Source: a virus
DNA length: 64,000 nt
IMG/VR virus record: IMGVR_UViG_3300028196_000006
Location: 27,729 to 91,728 of that record
Direction: 5' to 3' (one strand)
Below the pieces are notes generated by a model, which made no database searches, was not told the DNA's origin, and saw only the letters and a list, made by a program, of their open reading frames with translations. How positions within the stretch are numbered: position 1 is the first letter of the stretch; each line of letters begins with the position of its first letter. The translations under genes were made by a program, and so were the position numbers. Below are positions 1 through 10,113 of this stretch, piece by piece.

Positions 1-2
1 TG

Positions 3-560
3 GTCCAGCCATTTGGAAGAAGTGCTCATCCTGAAAATTTAACTGAAAAACAGATGAAAGAAGACAAACAGCCAGACATCGCAGATGTTACTGGTAGAAG
101 TATAGAACTAAAAAATGTTTGGAGCATTGTAAGAAAACTATCTAAAAAGTATGGAGTTATGATGATGAGTGAATTCCCATTGGAATTTAAAAAACACATG
201 TCGTCTCCCGTGGCAACACCAATGAATGTACACATAAGAATATGGATGGCTGTCATAAAACAAGCAAATCACTTTGTTGGTTGTGACTCGGTTGGACAAC
301 ACATTGCATATGCATTCAACGGAACTTCCACAGTATTAATAGGTTCTACATATCCCGTAAACACATCATTTCCTGATTCAGATAATGTTGACATTATTGA
401 CCTTGGATTAGAAGATAGAGTATATTCGCCTATAAGAATCACTTCAGATGAGTTCAGTGACAGAACAAACGAAGGGATTATGGCTATGGATGATCAATCA
501 GAAGACAAAGTTATCAAGTCTGTAGAAAAGATGCTTAAACACAGTAAAAACAAGCAGTAA
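3..560 (+). CDS. GT9/heptosyltransferase-like GT-B glycosyltransferase (5' truncated by window edge)
   Basis: Frame is open from nt 3 (VQPFGRSAHPE...). HFVGCDSVGQHIAYAF...VLIGST resembles the GT9 motif G-x-D-S-G-x-x-H-L-A-x-A. Confidence 0.6.
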   Translation, partial: VQPFGRSAHPENLTEKQMKEDKQPDIADVTGRSIELKNVWSIVRKLSKKYGVMMMSEFPLEFKKHMSSPVATPMNVHIRIWMAVIKQANHFVGCDSVGQHIAYAFNGTSTVLIGSTYPVNTSFPDSDNVDIIDLGLEDRVYSPIRITSDEFSDRTNEGIMAMDDQSEDKVIKSVEKMLKHSKNKQ

Positions 561-599
561 TACCCAAAATACAGTAATAATACAATAGTTCTAGATTAG

Positions 600-606
600 G
601 TAAATA
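600..606 (+). promoter_or_regulatory. T4-type late promoter-like (GTAAATA) with AAGGA RBS before ATG 630
   Basis: Variant of the T4 late consensus TATAAATA in an intergenic gap. Confidence 0.5.
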
Positions 607-629
607 CACTATAATAAGGATTATTCTAT

Positions 630-1064
630 ATGTTTGATGTATCAAGATTTTTTGGAAAAGGTGACAGAAATACTCTGTTAATGAAGAACGGGTTAAACCT
701 GTCTTACAATGGTCCATATTCAGTAGTTGAAGAAGGGTTGATTTTAGACCAATGGCATGTGAATACGTTCGCAACAGCAGAATACACAATCAGTGTGGAT
801 TACGACACAAACAATAAAGAAGTTTTAAAAGTGCTTGTATCAGCAAGTCCAAATCAAAGCAGTCTATCAATATATGGTAGATCAAATCTAGGCAATAAAT
901 TAATCAAGATCGATAGTGAAGTTAACAATTCATATGTTAGAATCAAAATAAATCCAGAAGATAAAAGTGCCACAGAGAAATATACTGGTTCTAAAATTAT
1001 TTTTGGTGCAACATATTTTGCTACACTGAATGCTTTAGTTGGAGGCTCACAAGTAACAGAATAA
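630..1064 (+). CDS. hypothetical protein, probable virion structural protein
   Basis: 144-aa beta-rich ORF with RBS in the structural block. Confidence 0.55.
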   Translation: MFDVSRFFGKGDRNTLLMKNGLNLSYNGPYSVVEEGLILDQWHVNTFATAEYTISVDYDTNNKEVLKVLVSASPNQSSLSIYGRSNLGNKLIKIDSEVNNSYVRIKINPEDKSATEKYTGSKIIFGATYFATLNALVGGSQVTE

Positions 1065-1083
1065 TAAACATGGATATAGCACA

Positions 1084-2946
1084 ATGGCAGTAGTTTTTAA
1101 ACCTTTTGAAACAGATTACGGATATTCATCACCAGGATTCACGGTTGATGTAAACGGAAATGTCACAGTACGTACTATCACAAATACATACACTCCTCCA
1201 GTTATTCCACCTGCACCAGATTTTAACATAAATGAAACTGCGGGTGAATTTACAATTTTAAACAAAGGAGTTGCAGTTGCCGGAGATAATCCAGTTATTA
1301 CTGTAGAAAGAGGAACAACTTATACATTTGTTATAGATACATCCAGTCTTGCTTTTAACATTTACAAACCAGATGTTGCTAATACTGCCATTCCAGGACA
1401 GTTATATAATGAAGGGTTATCTCATACCAACACAGTTACAGGATTAAATTTACAATCAAGCACGTTAACTTTTCCTCAGACTTGGGAACAAGAGCAAACA
1501 GGGTACAATAGAACTGCTCAAGTAGTAGTACCTATCACAACAGGTACACCACTAGAAGGTAAAAAAATTCCAGTTGTAATTTCATTACATGATAAAGGAT
1601 TTACTCAAGCAAACGGTATTACAAATGTAAACTTTATCTCAGACAAAATTTTAATTGCTCCACAAGGATACAGCAATGAATGGAATGTGGGTTATCAAAC
1701 GTCAAAAGCAGATGACATTGCGTTAATTGATTCTATAATTTCTAGTTTTAGTCAATACGACAATGTGGACACAAGAGATATCACAATAATAGGGTATGGT
1801 AATGGAGCACAATTGGCATTACAATATACAAACTATTCACAAAATGCATCAGTGAAAAATATTATTACATTTAATGGATTATTAAATAGTGATCAATACC
1901 TTTCAACAGATCATACTTTTTACAATTACACATTAGATCCTCAAAACCAAGACAATTCAACTGTTATAAATTGGACAAGTGTCACACCACTAGGTAGTAA
2001 AAATATATTAATGTTTAATGGTAAAGATGATTTACAATTTCTTTTCAATGGTGGAACTATCGATGGACAAGAATTTTACAGTGCAGAAGATACTGTGTAT
2101 GGAATGGCTCAAGCAGATAGCACAATTGAAACTAAACTACTAGCAGGAACCACAGAAGCAGATGGAAGCCTAAGTTATTCTTATGATAATAATTCAATAA
2201 GAATGTATGCTTTCACAGGAGTTGCCAGCAATTTTACAACATATCAAAACTCTATTAGACAAAGAATTAACACATCTATTGCTACAAGCTCATATTTAAA
2301 TATTCCAGTTGCAACAACTTTAACAGAAGCAGAAGCTCAAGGAAAACAATCAGGAACGTTAACTTATGCTGTTCCTATTGATGCTCCAGATTCAATTTTT
2401 TATGCAGACTCAGATGGTACTCCTTATGGTACACTTACTGTGGCCCAGCCAAGTATTATTGGAGCAGGTGTTTTCAGTTCGATATTAGATACTGGCGATT
2501 TATTAGCAGAAGGCGTCAATGCAGAAATAAGATTAAAACCTACTGGAACAGGCACAGTCACTATAAATCCTGCCACAGTAGGAACAATCACCAACATGAA
2601 CATCAATGCACAAAATTTATCAACCAGTGGTCAGGTTAGTTTAACACCCAATGCTGACGTAACATTGAGTCCACAAGCAGGTGGAACGCTCACAGTAAGA
2701 CCAACAGACGTTGGTGTTGTAGACAATGTTACAATAGGGTCTGTAATACCAGGAAATGGAACCTTTTCGACATTGAATTCTTCGCAAGGAACGTTAAATA
2801 ACACTACAATAGGATTAACATCTGCAACGTCGGCGGCATTTACACAAGCAACCGTGACAAACAATCCGACAAGTGCAAATGATGTTACTAAAAAGCAGTA
2901 TGTCGATAACACAGCCACAGTGTTAGCGATAGCATTAGGAGTATAG
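1084..2946 (+). CDS. virion fibre-like protein with cupredoxin-like domain interrupted by a degenerate PHB-depolymerase/LpqC-type alpha/beta-hydrolase domain
   Basis: NPVITVERGTTYTF...SGTLTYAVPIDAPDSIFY flanks PVVISLHD...APQG..NEWN...DDIALI...IIGYGNGA. C-terminal NNTTIG repeats and DVTKKQYVD...LAIALG are typical of phage fibre proteins. Confidence 0.65.
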   Translation: MAVVFKPFETDYGYSSPGFTVDVNGNVTVRTITNTYTPPVIPPAPDFNINETAGEFTILNKGVAVAGDNPVITVERGTTYTFVIDTSSLAFNIYKPDVANTAIPGQLYNEGLSHTNTVTGLNLQSSTLTFPQTWEQEQTGYNRTAQVVVPITTGTPLEGKKIPVVISLHDKGFTQANGITNVNFISDKILIAPQGYSNEWNVGYQTSKADDIALIDSIISSFSQYDNVDTRDITIIGYGNGAQLALQYTNYSQNASVKNIITFNGLLNSDQYLSTDHTFYNYTLDPQNQDNSTVINWTSVTPLGSKNILMFNGKDDLQFLFNGGTIDGQEFYSAEDTVYGMAQADSTIETKLLAGTTEADGSLSYSYDNNSIRMYAFTGVASNFTTYQNSIRQRINTSIATSSYLNIPVATTLTEAEAQGKQSGTLTYAVPIDAPDSIFYADSDGTPYGTLTVAQPSIIGAGVFSSILDTGDLLAEGVNAEIRLKPTGTGTVTINPATVGTITNMNINAQNLSTSGQVSLTPNADVTLSPQAGGTLTVRPTDVGVVDNVTIGSVIPGNGTFSTLNSSQGTLNNTTIGLTSATSAAFTQATVTNNPTSANDVTKKQYVDNTATVLAIALGV

Positions 2947-2952
2947 AAAAGA

Positions 2953-5900
2953 ATGGCAAAAAAACGTATTAACACATACAAATTTACACCAGGAATACCA
3001 CAATCTGGAAACCTTTATCCCAATGCATGGGCACAAATCAATGCCAACAAAGAATGGTTAAAAGATGAATCCAATGCTTTCTTAGATTTTAAAATTACTG
3101 AAGACACAGCGGCAAATTTATATCCAAATGCAACATTAAGATATCTTAACAACAGAGAATATGTAAAAGCAGAAGTGGCGGCATGGGTGGCTGTACAAGT
3201 TGCTGGAAACATTGCACCGTTTGCCGGTTACACTGCCACAGCAACACAAATTAAAAATGATTTAGAAAAAGTTTTACAATCAGCATATCTTGATATGAGA
3301 TATGGTGGTAATGAAAATATTAGAACACAATCACAAACTTATTATGTAGACGGAGTACTTCAACTGGCATCTGCTGGTGAACCTGAATTAGCATATTGGA
3401 CAAAAGCCAAACAAATTATAGATTTATATATTTTCACAGGATTAGCATACGGCACAATTAATGGAGATGGATTATCACAAAACTCCACAGGATCAAATGC
3501 AGAAACAAATGGTAAAACATCATTTGCGGCAAACATGGCTGTGATCGATAATGTTGTGGATAACGGCATTTTAAATTTACCAGCACTATCAAGTTCCGTG
3601 TATGCGTTTGCCAATTTTACTTATGACAGTGCTCTATGTGAAAGAGACATGGGCTATAACATTGATGGTATATTAACAGACATAAGATATGGTGGAAATC
3701 AACAATCAAGATTTAATGCATCAACTTATTGGGTTGGTACAGTATCAGTTTTGAGTGGTGACAAACAACCTGAATTACAGGTAAAAAATGAAATAAAAAA
3801 TATCATTAATAATTATGTGATACCAGGTGTTGCTTTTACGTCAAAACAATCACCGGTGGTAACACAACAAACAATATTAGGTACACCAGGTGAAGCAGGA
3901 GCCACTGCAAGAGTGACTACTTTGTTTGGAATAATTACAGATGTAATTGAAAACGGATTAGATAATTTACCAACACAGATCAACAATGGAATTTCAAGTG
4001 TAAAAATTCCTGAAAGAGTGGAATTAGCAGAACTATTATTGATCACAAATGCTACATCGAATGCAGTTTTATACACATTCAATGATCCAGCAAAAGGCGC
4101 CACAACTTTTTACAGAAGAGAATTTACTACAAACACATCAAACCCAACAGCATTTGTTGATCCAGATTTTCCTAAAGCATTTCATGGCAATGACACAATC
4201 ACAACAATATTTTTAAATGCAGATACATCTGCAGATGATGTAACAGACCAATTACAAATTTTTGTTGAAGATGATGAAATAAGAACTCGTCCATATGACT
4301 TTGGAACAGATGCAATTGAAAGAATGAGAGTTGCACAACCTGAGTCAATGCTTGACGCTGACTTTGAATATGGTCTTCAGCCAACCAAGTGGCAAGCAAT
4401 TGCGACACAAAGAGGTTATCCTTCAATTTATGAAGTTCCAGGAACTGACTATGATTTAGCGTCAGTGGCATCAGATGCTTCAGCAGGAACATCAGGTATT
4501 GGTTCATCTTTGATCACAATAACAACAATTGGACCACATGGTTTTGAGCCTGGACAACCGTTTACAATAACAGGATTTGATAACTCAGTTGCAGGTGCAA
4601 GTAGAGCCGCAGGTTCGTTTGTGGTTAACACAGTGCCATCATCAACAGTTTTTAACTATTATGGAAAAGCAAAAGTTGGAACAGTAAATCCTACAACAAT
4701 TTCTACAAATTTCACTCAGTTGAGAAAAGGTGATTTTTACACAGGTGCATCAATTGGATTTCCGTCATTCAGTATACAATCAAATGGATCATCAGGAAAT
4801 TTTGTAACCAGTTTAGCAACACTATCAGGTTCTACAATTTTACCGTACACAGGTGTTCAACCTGAAATAGGAGCACCACTTACAGGAACAGGAATTCAGA
4901 CAGGTACACAGATTACAGCAGTTAATGGAACTGGTGGAGCATTAGCATCTCCCACAGTGACAGGAGATTATTCATCAGGTGCAACATCAATTACTGTGGC
5001 AGATTCTGCAGGAATTATTCAAAACTCTGTGATTGACAGAGGTGACGGATTTGCAGTAACAATTATCAATGTTGTAGGAAACGAATTAACATTGAGTGCA
5101 CCATTAAATCAAAACTTGATTGGTGATGTTACTCAGTACACAAATTTAGCAGGTGTAAATTACACTCCAGCAGGACAGTTGGGAAGATTCGACATATTCA
5201 GAGTTGGTGGAGCATACTCTGTATCATTAGTGACTAATGGACAAGTAGGTACAGGACAAGATTATGCTGTAGGTGATGTTGTTGTTGTAAGTGGTACTAT
5301 TTTAGGCGGAGCAACACCAGCCAATGATGCTTTTGTAACTGTAGAATCAGTAGACACTGGCGGAGAAATTTTAACAGCATCCATCACAGGTACATCATTC
5401 ACAGGCGAAGGCACAGCATCAGCAGTGTCACCAGTGTTCCAAGGTGGTGCAGGAACAGGTGCTCAAATAAATGTAACAAAAAATGCATCAACATACACAG
5501 TGGCATTGAACAGTCCTTCATACACAGACGTGGCTACATCAGCATACGCAGGAGGATCTGGTATTGGTGCAATTTTTGATATAGATGTAGACGGAGCGAC
5601 ATACACTGTAACAGTTGACACAGCAGGAACAGGATACATTGCCAACGATGTTATAAGAATAGCAGGTTCTACATTTGGTGGAACAGGCACAAATAATTTA
5701 GACATCAGAGTAACTGCTGTAGGCGGTTCAGGAGAAATTCAAACAATCAATGTGGCAGGAACAGCACCAGATCAAACGGTGAATTATGTTTCACCAACAT
5801 ACACAACAGCAAGTGCTGGAGGTGTAACAGCAAACTTCACAGTAACTAGAACAGGCACGGCATACTCTGCTGTGGTAACAACAATTGGTTCAGGATATTC

Positions 5901-8900
5901 AGGGGCAGAAACTCTTGTGTTTGCAGGAACACAACTTGGCGGAGCAACACCAGCCAATGATGCAACATTAACTATTGGATCTGTTGATGGTAATGGTGGA
6001 ATTTTAACTTTCACAATAGCAGGAACATCAGTAAACACACAAACATATCCAAATCAAAACACAGGTTCAAACATTGTAGGATCAAATGCTAGTTTTGATG
6101 TGGCAATTTCAGGAACTGGTTACACAGTAACTTTAAACACTGCTGGTGACAACTACGGTGTTGGACAAACACTTACAATTCTAGGAACAAGTTTAGGTGG
6201 AGCAACACCAACCAATGATGTGTCAATCGCAATTGATACAGTTACAGGCGCAGGTGCCAGTGCAATTGCAACAATTACAGCAACAGGTACAGCGGCATTG
6301 GAAGGTACATCAGGATACGCAATAGGAGATCAATTGTTTGTTAGTGGATCTGACTTAGGCGGAGCAACACCAACCAATGATGCATATGTGTCGATTGCAA
6401 CAGTTAATGGCAATGGCGGAATTACAAGTTTAGCAATCAGTGGAACACGCACAGATGCCAATGTAGATTACACATCAGTAACTTGGAGCACTACAGGCTC
6501 AGGAACAGGTGCAGTGATTGACATTAACAGAACAGGTACAACATACACAGCAACATTCACAAACACTGGTGCCTCATTTGCAGGATCAGACACAATTACA
6601 GTTTTAGGAACAGCACTGGGTGGATTAACGCCAGCCAATGATGTAACAATCGCAGTTGATACAGTTACAGGAGGTGCAATAGCCACGTACACTGTGACAG
6701 GAACAGCAGTGAATACTCAAACATTCACAAATGTAAACAAATCAAACAGAACACCTTCAGGATTATTAATGAACGTGACACTGAATTCAGGTACATACAC
6801 ATTGGCAGTTGCTAATGGTGGTAGCGGACATGCACCAGACCAAGTATTCAAAATATTAGGTACATCGGTTTTTGGATCTTCTCCTACAAATGATTTAACA
6901 TTCACAATTGCAGGTATAGATGCTGTGTCAACAGGTTCAGTTACTTCTGTATCAGGAGCAACAGGAACAGCAAACACAGGAACAGGTAATGCATTAAATG
7001 TTGCAGGCACAAACAGAACTCCAATAGGAGTTGGTGCTCAATTCAGTATCACAAGAACTAATGATACAGATTCATCAACTGCTTACACAGAATGCCAAGT
7101 GATTCAAGAAGGTTCAGACTATGGTGTGGGTGATAAAGTTATAATTTCAGGATCAAGTTTAGGCGGAACAACACCAGCCAATGACGTAACTGTTCAAATA
7201 CAATCAGTATCTTCATTTGGTGGTGCATTATCTAATACACACTCAGGAACAGCAGTTGGAGGAACAGGATTAAGTGTTTATTCATCAGTAACCATTTCAG
7301 ATCCAGTTTCACAAGCAATTCCATTAAGTTCAACAATTTCTTATTCAGCATTGGCAACAATGAGAGTTAATTTCACAACACCACATGGACTTGTTCCAGG
7401 TAATGCATTCTTGGTTGTAATACAATCAGATGACGGTTCAAACAATCACATACTTGCATCAGGACCGTTCTTGGCAACTTCTATTCCATCTACAACAAGT
7501 TTAACATATCAAGTGAGATCACCAGGCGCTATTACAGATGCTGGTTGGCAAGGATCGATATATGGTAGACCAGATTCATTCTTTGTACACAGACCATTCG
7601 ATGGTGGTGTTCAATTAGGAACAGGTGGTCCGGCACACGGTGCTCAAGCAATACGTCAATCTAAAAAATATATTAGATATCAATCAGGTAAAGGTTGTAT
7701 GTACACAACTGGTGCTCTATTTGCTCCAAGTTATGACATTCTAAACATTACTGCTGATGGAATTAATGCAGGTTCAACAATATCAGTAACAACAGATGAT
7801 GTTGACCACAACTTACAAGTTGGTGCTGTTGTGAGATTAGTAGGTGTAGCAACATCAGGGTATGATGGACAATACACAATAACGGCAGTTACAAATGAAA
7901 GAACATTCACAGTGATTGCACAAATCACTTTGGGAGGAACAACTCCTGAATTTACAGATCAACCACAAGTATCATTGTATCAATGGAATGGTGCAACAGT
8001 TAGATCAGGTATATTTGATGATCAAAACGGAATTTTCTGGGAGTATGATGGACAAAACACAAATGCTGTACAAAGAACTGCCACAAGACAATTGGCTGGT
8101 ACAGTCACAGTTACACCTAATTCAAATGCTGTAACAGGTGTGGGAACAAGATTTAGAGAACAAATTAAAGCAGGTGACAGAGTTGTAGTCAGAGGTATGA
8201 CACACGTGGTATCAAGTGTTACAGATAACACAACGATGAGTATTACTCCAGATTACAGAGGTGTTAACATATCAGCAGGTGTTAAAATGTGTGCTGTGGT
8301 TGATAAAAAAGCAAAACAATCAGAATTTAACAAAGACGTGTTGGACGGAACAGGACCAAGTGGATACAACTGGGACGTGTCTAAAATGCAGATGATTGGG
8401 ATACAATTTTCATGGTATGGTGCTGGGTTTATTGACTGGATGACTAGAGGTCAAAAAGGTAATTTCATATTTGTTCACAGAATGAGAAACTCAAACGTAA
8501 ACACAGAAGCATTTATGAGAACAGGTAACCAACCTGTGCGTTATGAAGTAACCAACGAAGGACCAGGTGCAAAATTAATTGAAAATATGGATTCAACACA
8601 AACCACACTTACTGTGGAAGATGCTTCATTCTTACCGCAAACAGGTGGTACAGTTTATATTGATAACGAAGTTATAACATTTACAGGTATTACAGGCGAC
8701 ACATTAACAGGATGTACAAGAGCGGCACAACTTACAAACTTTGCGGCAGGTGCCACAAGAAATTATTCAGCAGGTGCGGCGGCGGCTCACTTCAGAAACA
8801 CTGGAGTTGTGTTGATATCCAACACAGCATCTCCGATCATATCACACTGGGGTTCAGCATATCTAACAGATGGTAATTTTGATGAAGACAGAGGATACCT

Positions 8901-9987
8901 ATTCAGTTACTCAGGTACTGGATTAAATCTATCCACAATTAGACAAACAGTATTCTTAATGAGACTGGCTCCTTCAGTATCCAATGCCTTAACTGGTGAT
9001 TTGGGAGACAGAGACTTATTGAACAGAGCCCAGTTGCTACTAGATGGTATTGAAATTACTACAGAACCAATCTCAGGTGGTGGTACACAAGGTCAGTTGG
9101 TTATTCAGGGAATTATTAACCCACAAAACTATCCAATTGATCCAGCAGATATAGGTTGGACAGGACTGCAAGGAACAGCACAAGGTGGACAACCAAGTTT
9201 TGCGGAGATTGCTCCGGGTGGTTCAGTTAACTGGAACGGTGGTGCTAGTACTACACAAGCAACAGCAACCACTCAAGCAGAAATGACATCTACATCCAAT
9301 CACTGGTTTAACCTAGGTGGTAACAGAGATTATGCTTACTTCTTGGAAGCAGAATGGGAAAACAAAGGACATGTGGTGGGTATGCGTGTTACTTCTGCTC
9401 AATTCCCTTCCAACACTGTGGTAACACAGATTCAGAATAATGGATCTTACTATTTTGTGAGATTTTCAAATAGACACACAGGTATATCGGGCGGACAGGC
9501 TGTAACTTTTGCATACGGTGGTGATCAACTAAACAGTAACTTCTTGTTCTTTGATCCAACATCATGGGAAGCCGCTGGTGCTGTGAGTGGTACAGAAGTT
9601 GACACAGCAACAACAACTGAATTTCCACCAGGATCAACTGTGCAAAGTGTACAGGCTAAAACTGTATTTGGATCAACTGAATATTATAGAGTTGATTTTA
9701 ACCAATCATTTACTGGCACAATTGCCGCGGCAAGTGACGTATCATTTTCTTTTGGACAACCTCCTTATGCACAACCTGGAGAAACTATTTTCTCTTTCGT
9801 TGCACAACCTGGAGAAAGAGCGACATTAGGATTAGACAAAATCAAAGCATTAACCAACACCACTTTGGGTGGTAGAGGTACGTTCCCGAATGGTCCAGAC
9901 GTGTTGGCCATCAACGTATTTAGAACTGCTGGTACAGGTAATGTATCATCTACAATTACGTTACGTTGGTCTGAAGCACAGGCTTAA
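2953..9987 (+). CDS. giant tail-fibre/virion structural protein (2344 aa, Gly/Thr/Ser-rich repeats)
   Basis: N-terminal helical repeats (DMRYGGN, CERDMGY...DIRYGGN), about 7 GGATPxND modules, and a C-terminal domain (IDWMTRG, HRMRNSN) like those of marine myophage structural proteins. Confidence 0.75.
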   Translation: MAKKRINTYKFTPGIPQSGNLYPNAWAQINANKEWLKDESNAFLDFKITEDTAANLYPNATLRYLNNREYVKAEVAAWVAVQVAGNIAPFAGYTATATQIKNDLEKVLQSAYLDMRYGGNENIRTQSQTYYVDGVLQLASAGEPELAYWTKAKQIIDLYIFTGLAYGTINGDGLSQNSTGSNAETNGKTSFAANMAVIDNVVDNGILNLPALSSSVYAFANFTYDSALCERDMGYNIDGILTDIRYGGNQQSRFNASTYWVGTVSVLSGDKQPELQVKNEIKNIINNYVIPGVAFTSKQSPVVTQQTILGTPGEAGATARVTTLFGIITDVIENGLDNLPTQINNGISSVKIPERVELAELLLITNATSNAVLYTFNDPAKGATTFYRREFTTNTSNPTAFVDPDFPKAFHGNDTITTIFLNADTSADDVTDQLQIFVEDDEIRTRPYDFGTDAIERMRVAQPESMLDADFEYGLQPTKWQAIATQRGYPSIYEVPGTDYDLASVASDASAGTSGIGSSLITITTIGPHGFEPGQPFTITGFDNSVAGASRAAGSFVVNTVPSSTVFNYYGKAKVGTVNPTTISTNFTQLRKGDFYTGASIGFPSFSIQSNGSSGNFVTSLATLSGSTILPYTGVQPEIGAPLTGTGIQTGTQITAVNGTGGALASPTVTGDYSSGATSITVADSAGIIQNSVIDRGDGFAVTIINVVGNELTLSAPLNQNLIGDVTQYTNLAGVNYTPAGQLGRFDIFRVGGAYSVSLVTNGQVGTGQDYAVGDVVVVSGTILGGATPANDAFVTVESVDTGGEILTASITGTSFTGEGTASAVSPVFQGGAGTGAQINVTKNASTYTVALNSPSYTDVATSAYAGGSGIGAIFDIDVDGATYTVTVDTAGTGYIANDVIRIAGSTFGGTGTNNLDIRVTAVGGSGEIQTINVAGTAPDQTVNYVSPTYTTASAGGVTANFTVTRTGTAYSAVVTTIGSGYSGAETLVFAGTQLGGATPANDATLTIGSVDGNGGILTFTIAGTSVNTQTYPNQNTGSNIVGSNASFDVAISGTGYTVTLNTAGDNYGVGQTLTILGTSLGGATPTNDVSIAIDTVTGAGASAIATITATGTAALEGTSGYAIGDQLFVSGSDLGGATPTNDAYVSIATVNGNGGITSLAISGTRTDANVDYTSVTWSTTGSGTGAVIDINRTGTTYTATFTNTGASFAGSDTITVLGTALGGLTPANDVTIAVDTVTGGAIATYTVTGTAVNTQTFTNVNKSNRTPSGLLMNVTLNSGTYTLAVANGGSGHAPDQVFKILGTSVFGSSPTNDLTFTIAGIDAVSTGSVTSVSGATGTANTGTGNALNVAGTNRTPIGVGAQFSITRTNDTDSSTAYTECQVIQEGSDYGVGDKVIISGSSLGGTTPANDVTVQIQSVSSFGGALSNTHSGTAVGGTGLSVYSSVTISDPVSQAIPLSSTISYSALATMRVNFTTPHGLVPGNAFLVVIQSDDGSNNHILASGPFLATSIPSTTSLTYQVRSPGAITDAGWQGSIYGRPDSFFVHRPFDGGVQLGTGGPAHGAQAIRQSKKYIRYQSGKGCMYTTGALFAPSYDILNITADGINAGSTISVTTDDVDHNLQVGAVVRLVGVATSGYDGQYTITAVTNERTFTVIAQITLGGTTPEFTDQPQVSLYQWNGATVRSGIFDDQNGIFWEYDGQNTNAVQRTATRQLAGTVTVTPNSNAVTGVGTRFREQIKAGDRVVVRGMTHVVSSVTDNTTMSITPDYRGVNISAGVKMCAVVDKKAKQSEFNKDVLDGTGPSGYNWDVSKMQMIGIQFSWYGAGFIDWMTRGQKGNFIFVHRMRNSNVNTEAFMRTGNQPVRYEVTNEGPGAKLIENMDSTQTTLTVEDASFLPQTGGTVYIDNEVITFTGITGDTLTGCTRAAQLTNFAAGATRNYSAGAAAAHFRNTGVVLISNTASPIISHWGSAYLTDGNFDEDRGYLFSYSGTGLNLSTIRQTVFLMRLAPSVSNALTGDLGDRDLLNRAQLLLDGIEITTEPISGGGTQGQLVIQGIINPQNYPIDPADIGWTGLQGTAQGGQPSFAEIAPGGSVNWNGGASTTQATATTQAEMTSTSNHWFNLGGNRDYAYFLEAEWENKGHVVGMRVTSAQFPSNTVVTQIQNNGSYYFVRFSNRHTGISGGQAVTFAYGGDQLNSNFLFFDPTSWEAAGAVSGTEVDTATTTEFPPGSTVQSVQAKTVFGSTEYYRVDFNQSFTGTIAAASDVSFSFGQPPYAQPGETIFSFVAQPGERATLGLDKIKALTNTTLGGRGTFPNGPDVLAINVFRTAGTGNVSSTITLRWSEAQA
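5305..7185 (+). repeat. intragenic repeat modules (LGGATPANDA)
   Basis: GGCGGAGCAACACCAGCCAATGATGC is identical at 5305-5330 and 5938-5963, with 1 mismatch at 6358-6383; degenerate copies near 6195, 6620, 6875 and 7160. Confidence 0.85.
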
Positions 9988-10109
9988 TGGACCAACAGAT
10001 CAAACATATATGCGAGACGTGTGGGTGTGAACAACACTGCAAAAAATCGTGTGGAGAATGTCTAGATTGTCCAGACTGTGGTTGTAAGGAATGTATTAAC
10101 AAAGACTGA
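9987..10109 (+). CDS. 40-aa Cys-rich metallothionein-like peptide (below the ORF-track cutoff)
   Basis: Hand translation MDQQIKHICETCGCEQHCKKSCGECLDCPDCGCKECINKD*: 10 Cys, 2 His. Its ATG overlaps the fibre stop (TAATG) and it ends 4 nt before the next ATG. Confidence 0.7.
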   Translation: MDQQIKHICETCGCEQHCKKSCGECLDCPDCGCKECINKD

Positions 10110-10113
10110 TAAG

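Noticed and set aside
5305-7185. Diversity-generating retroelement target in the fibre repeats
   Set aside because: No reverse transcriptase in the window and no long repeat pair differing only at adenines.
2424-9637. Many 60-116 aa minus-strand ORFs opposite the fibre genes, and similar shadows opposite sheath, TerL, uvsX and helicase
   Set aside because: Antisense shadows of biased codon use, with no RBS, promoter or recognisable motifs.
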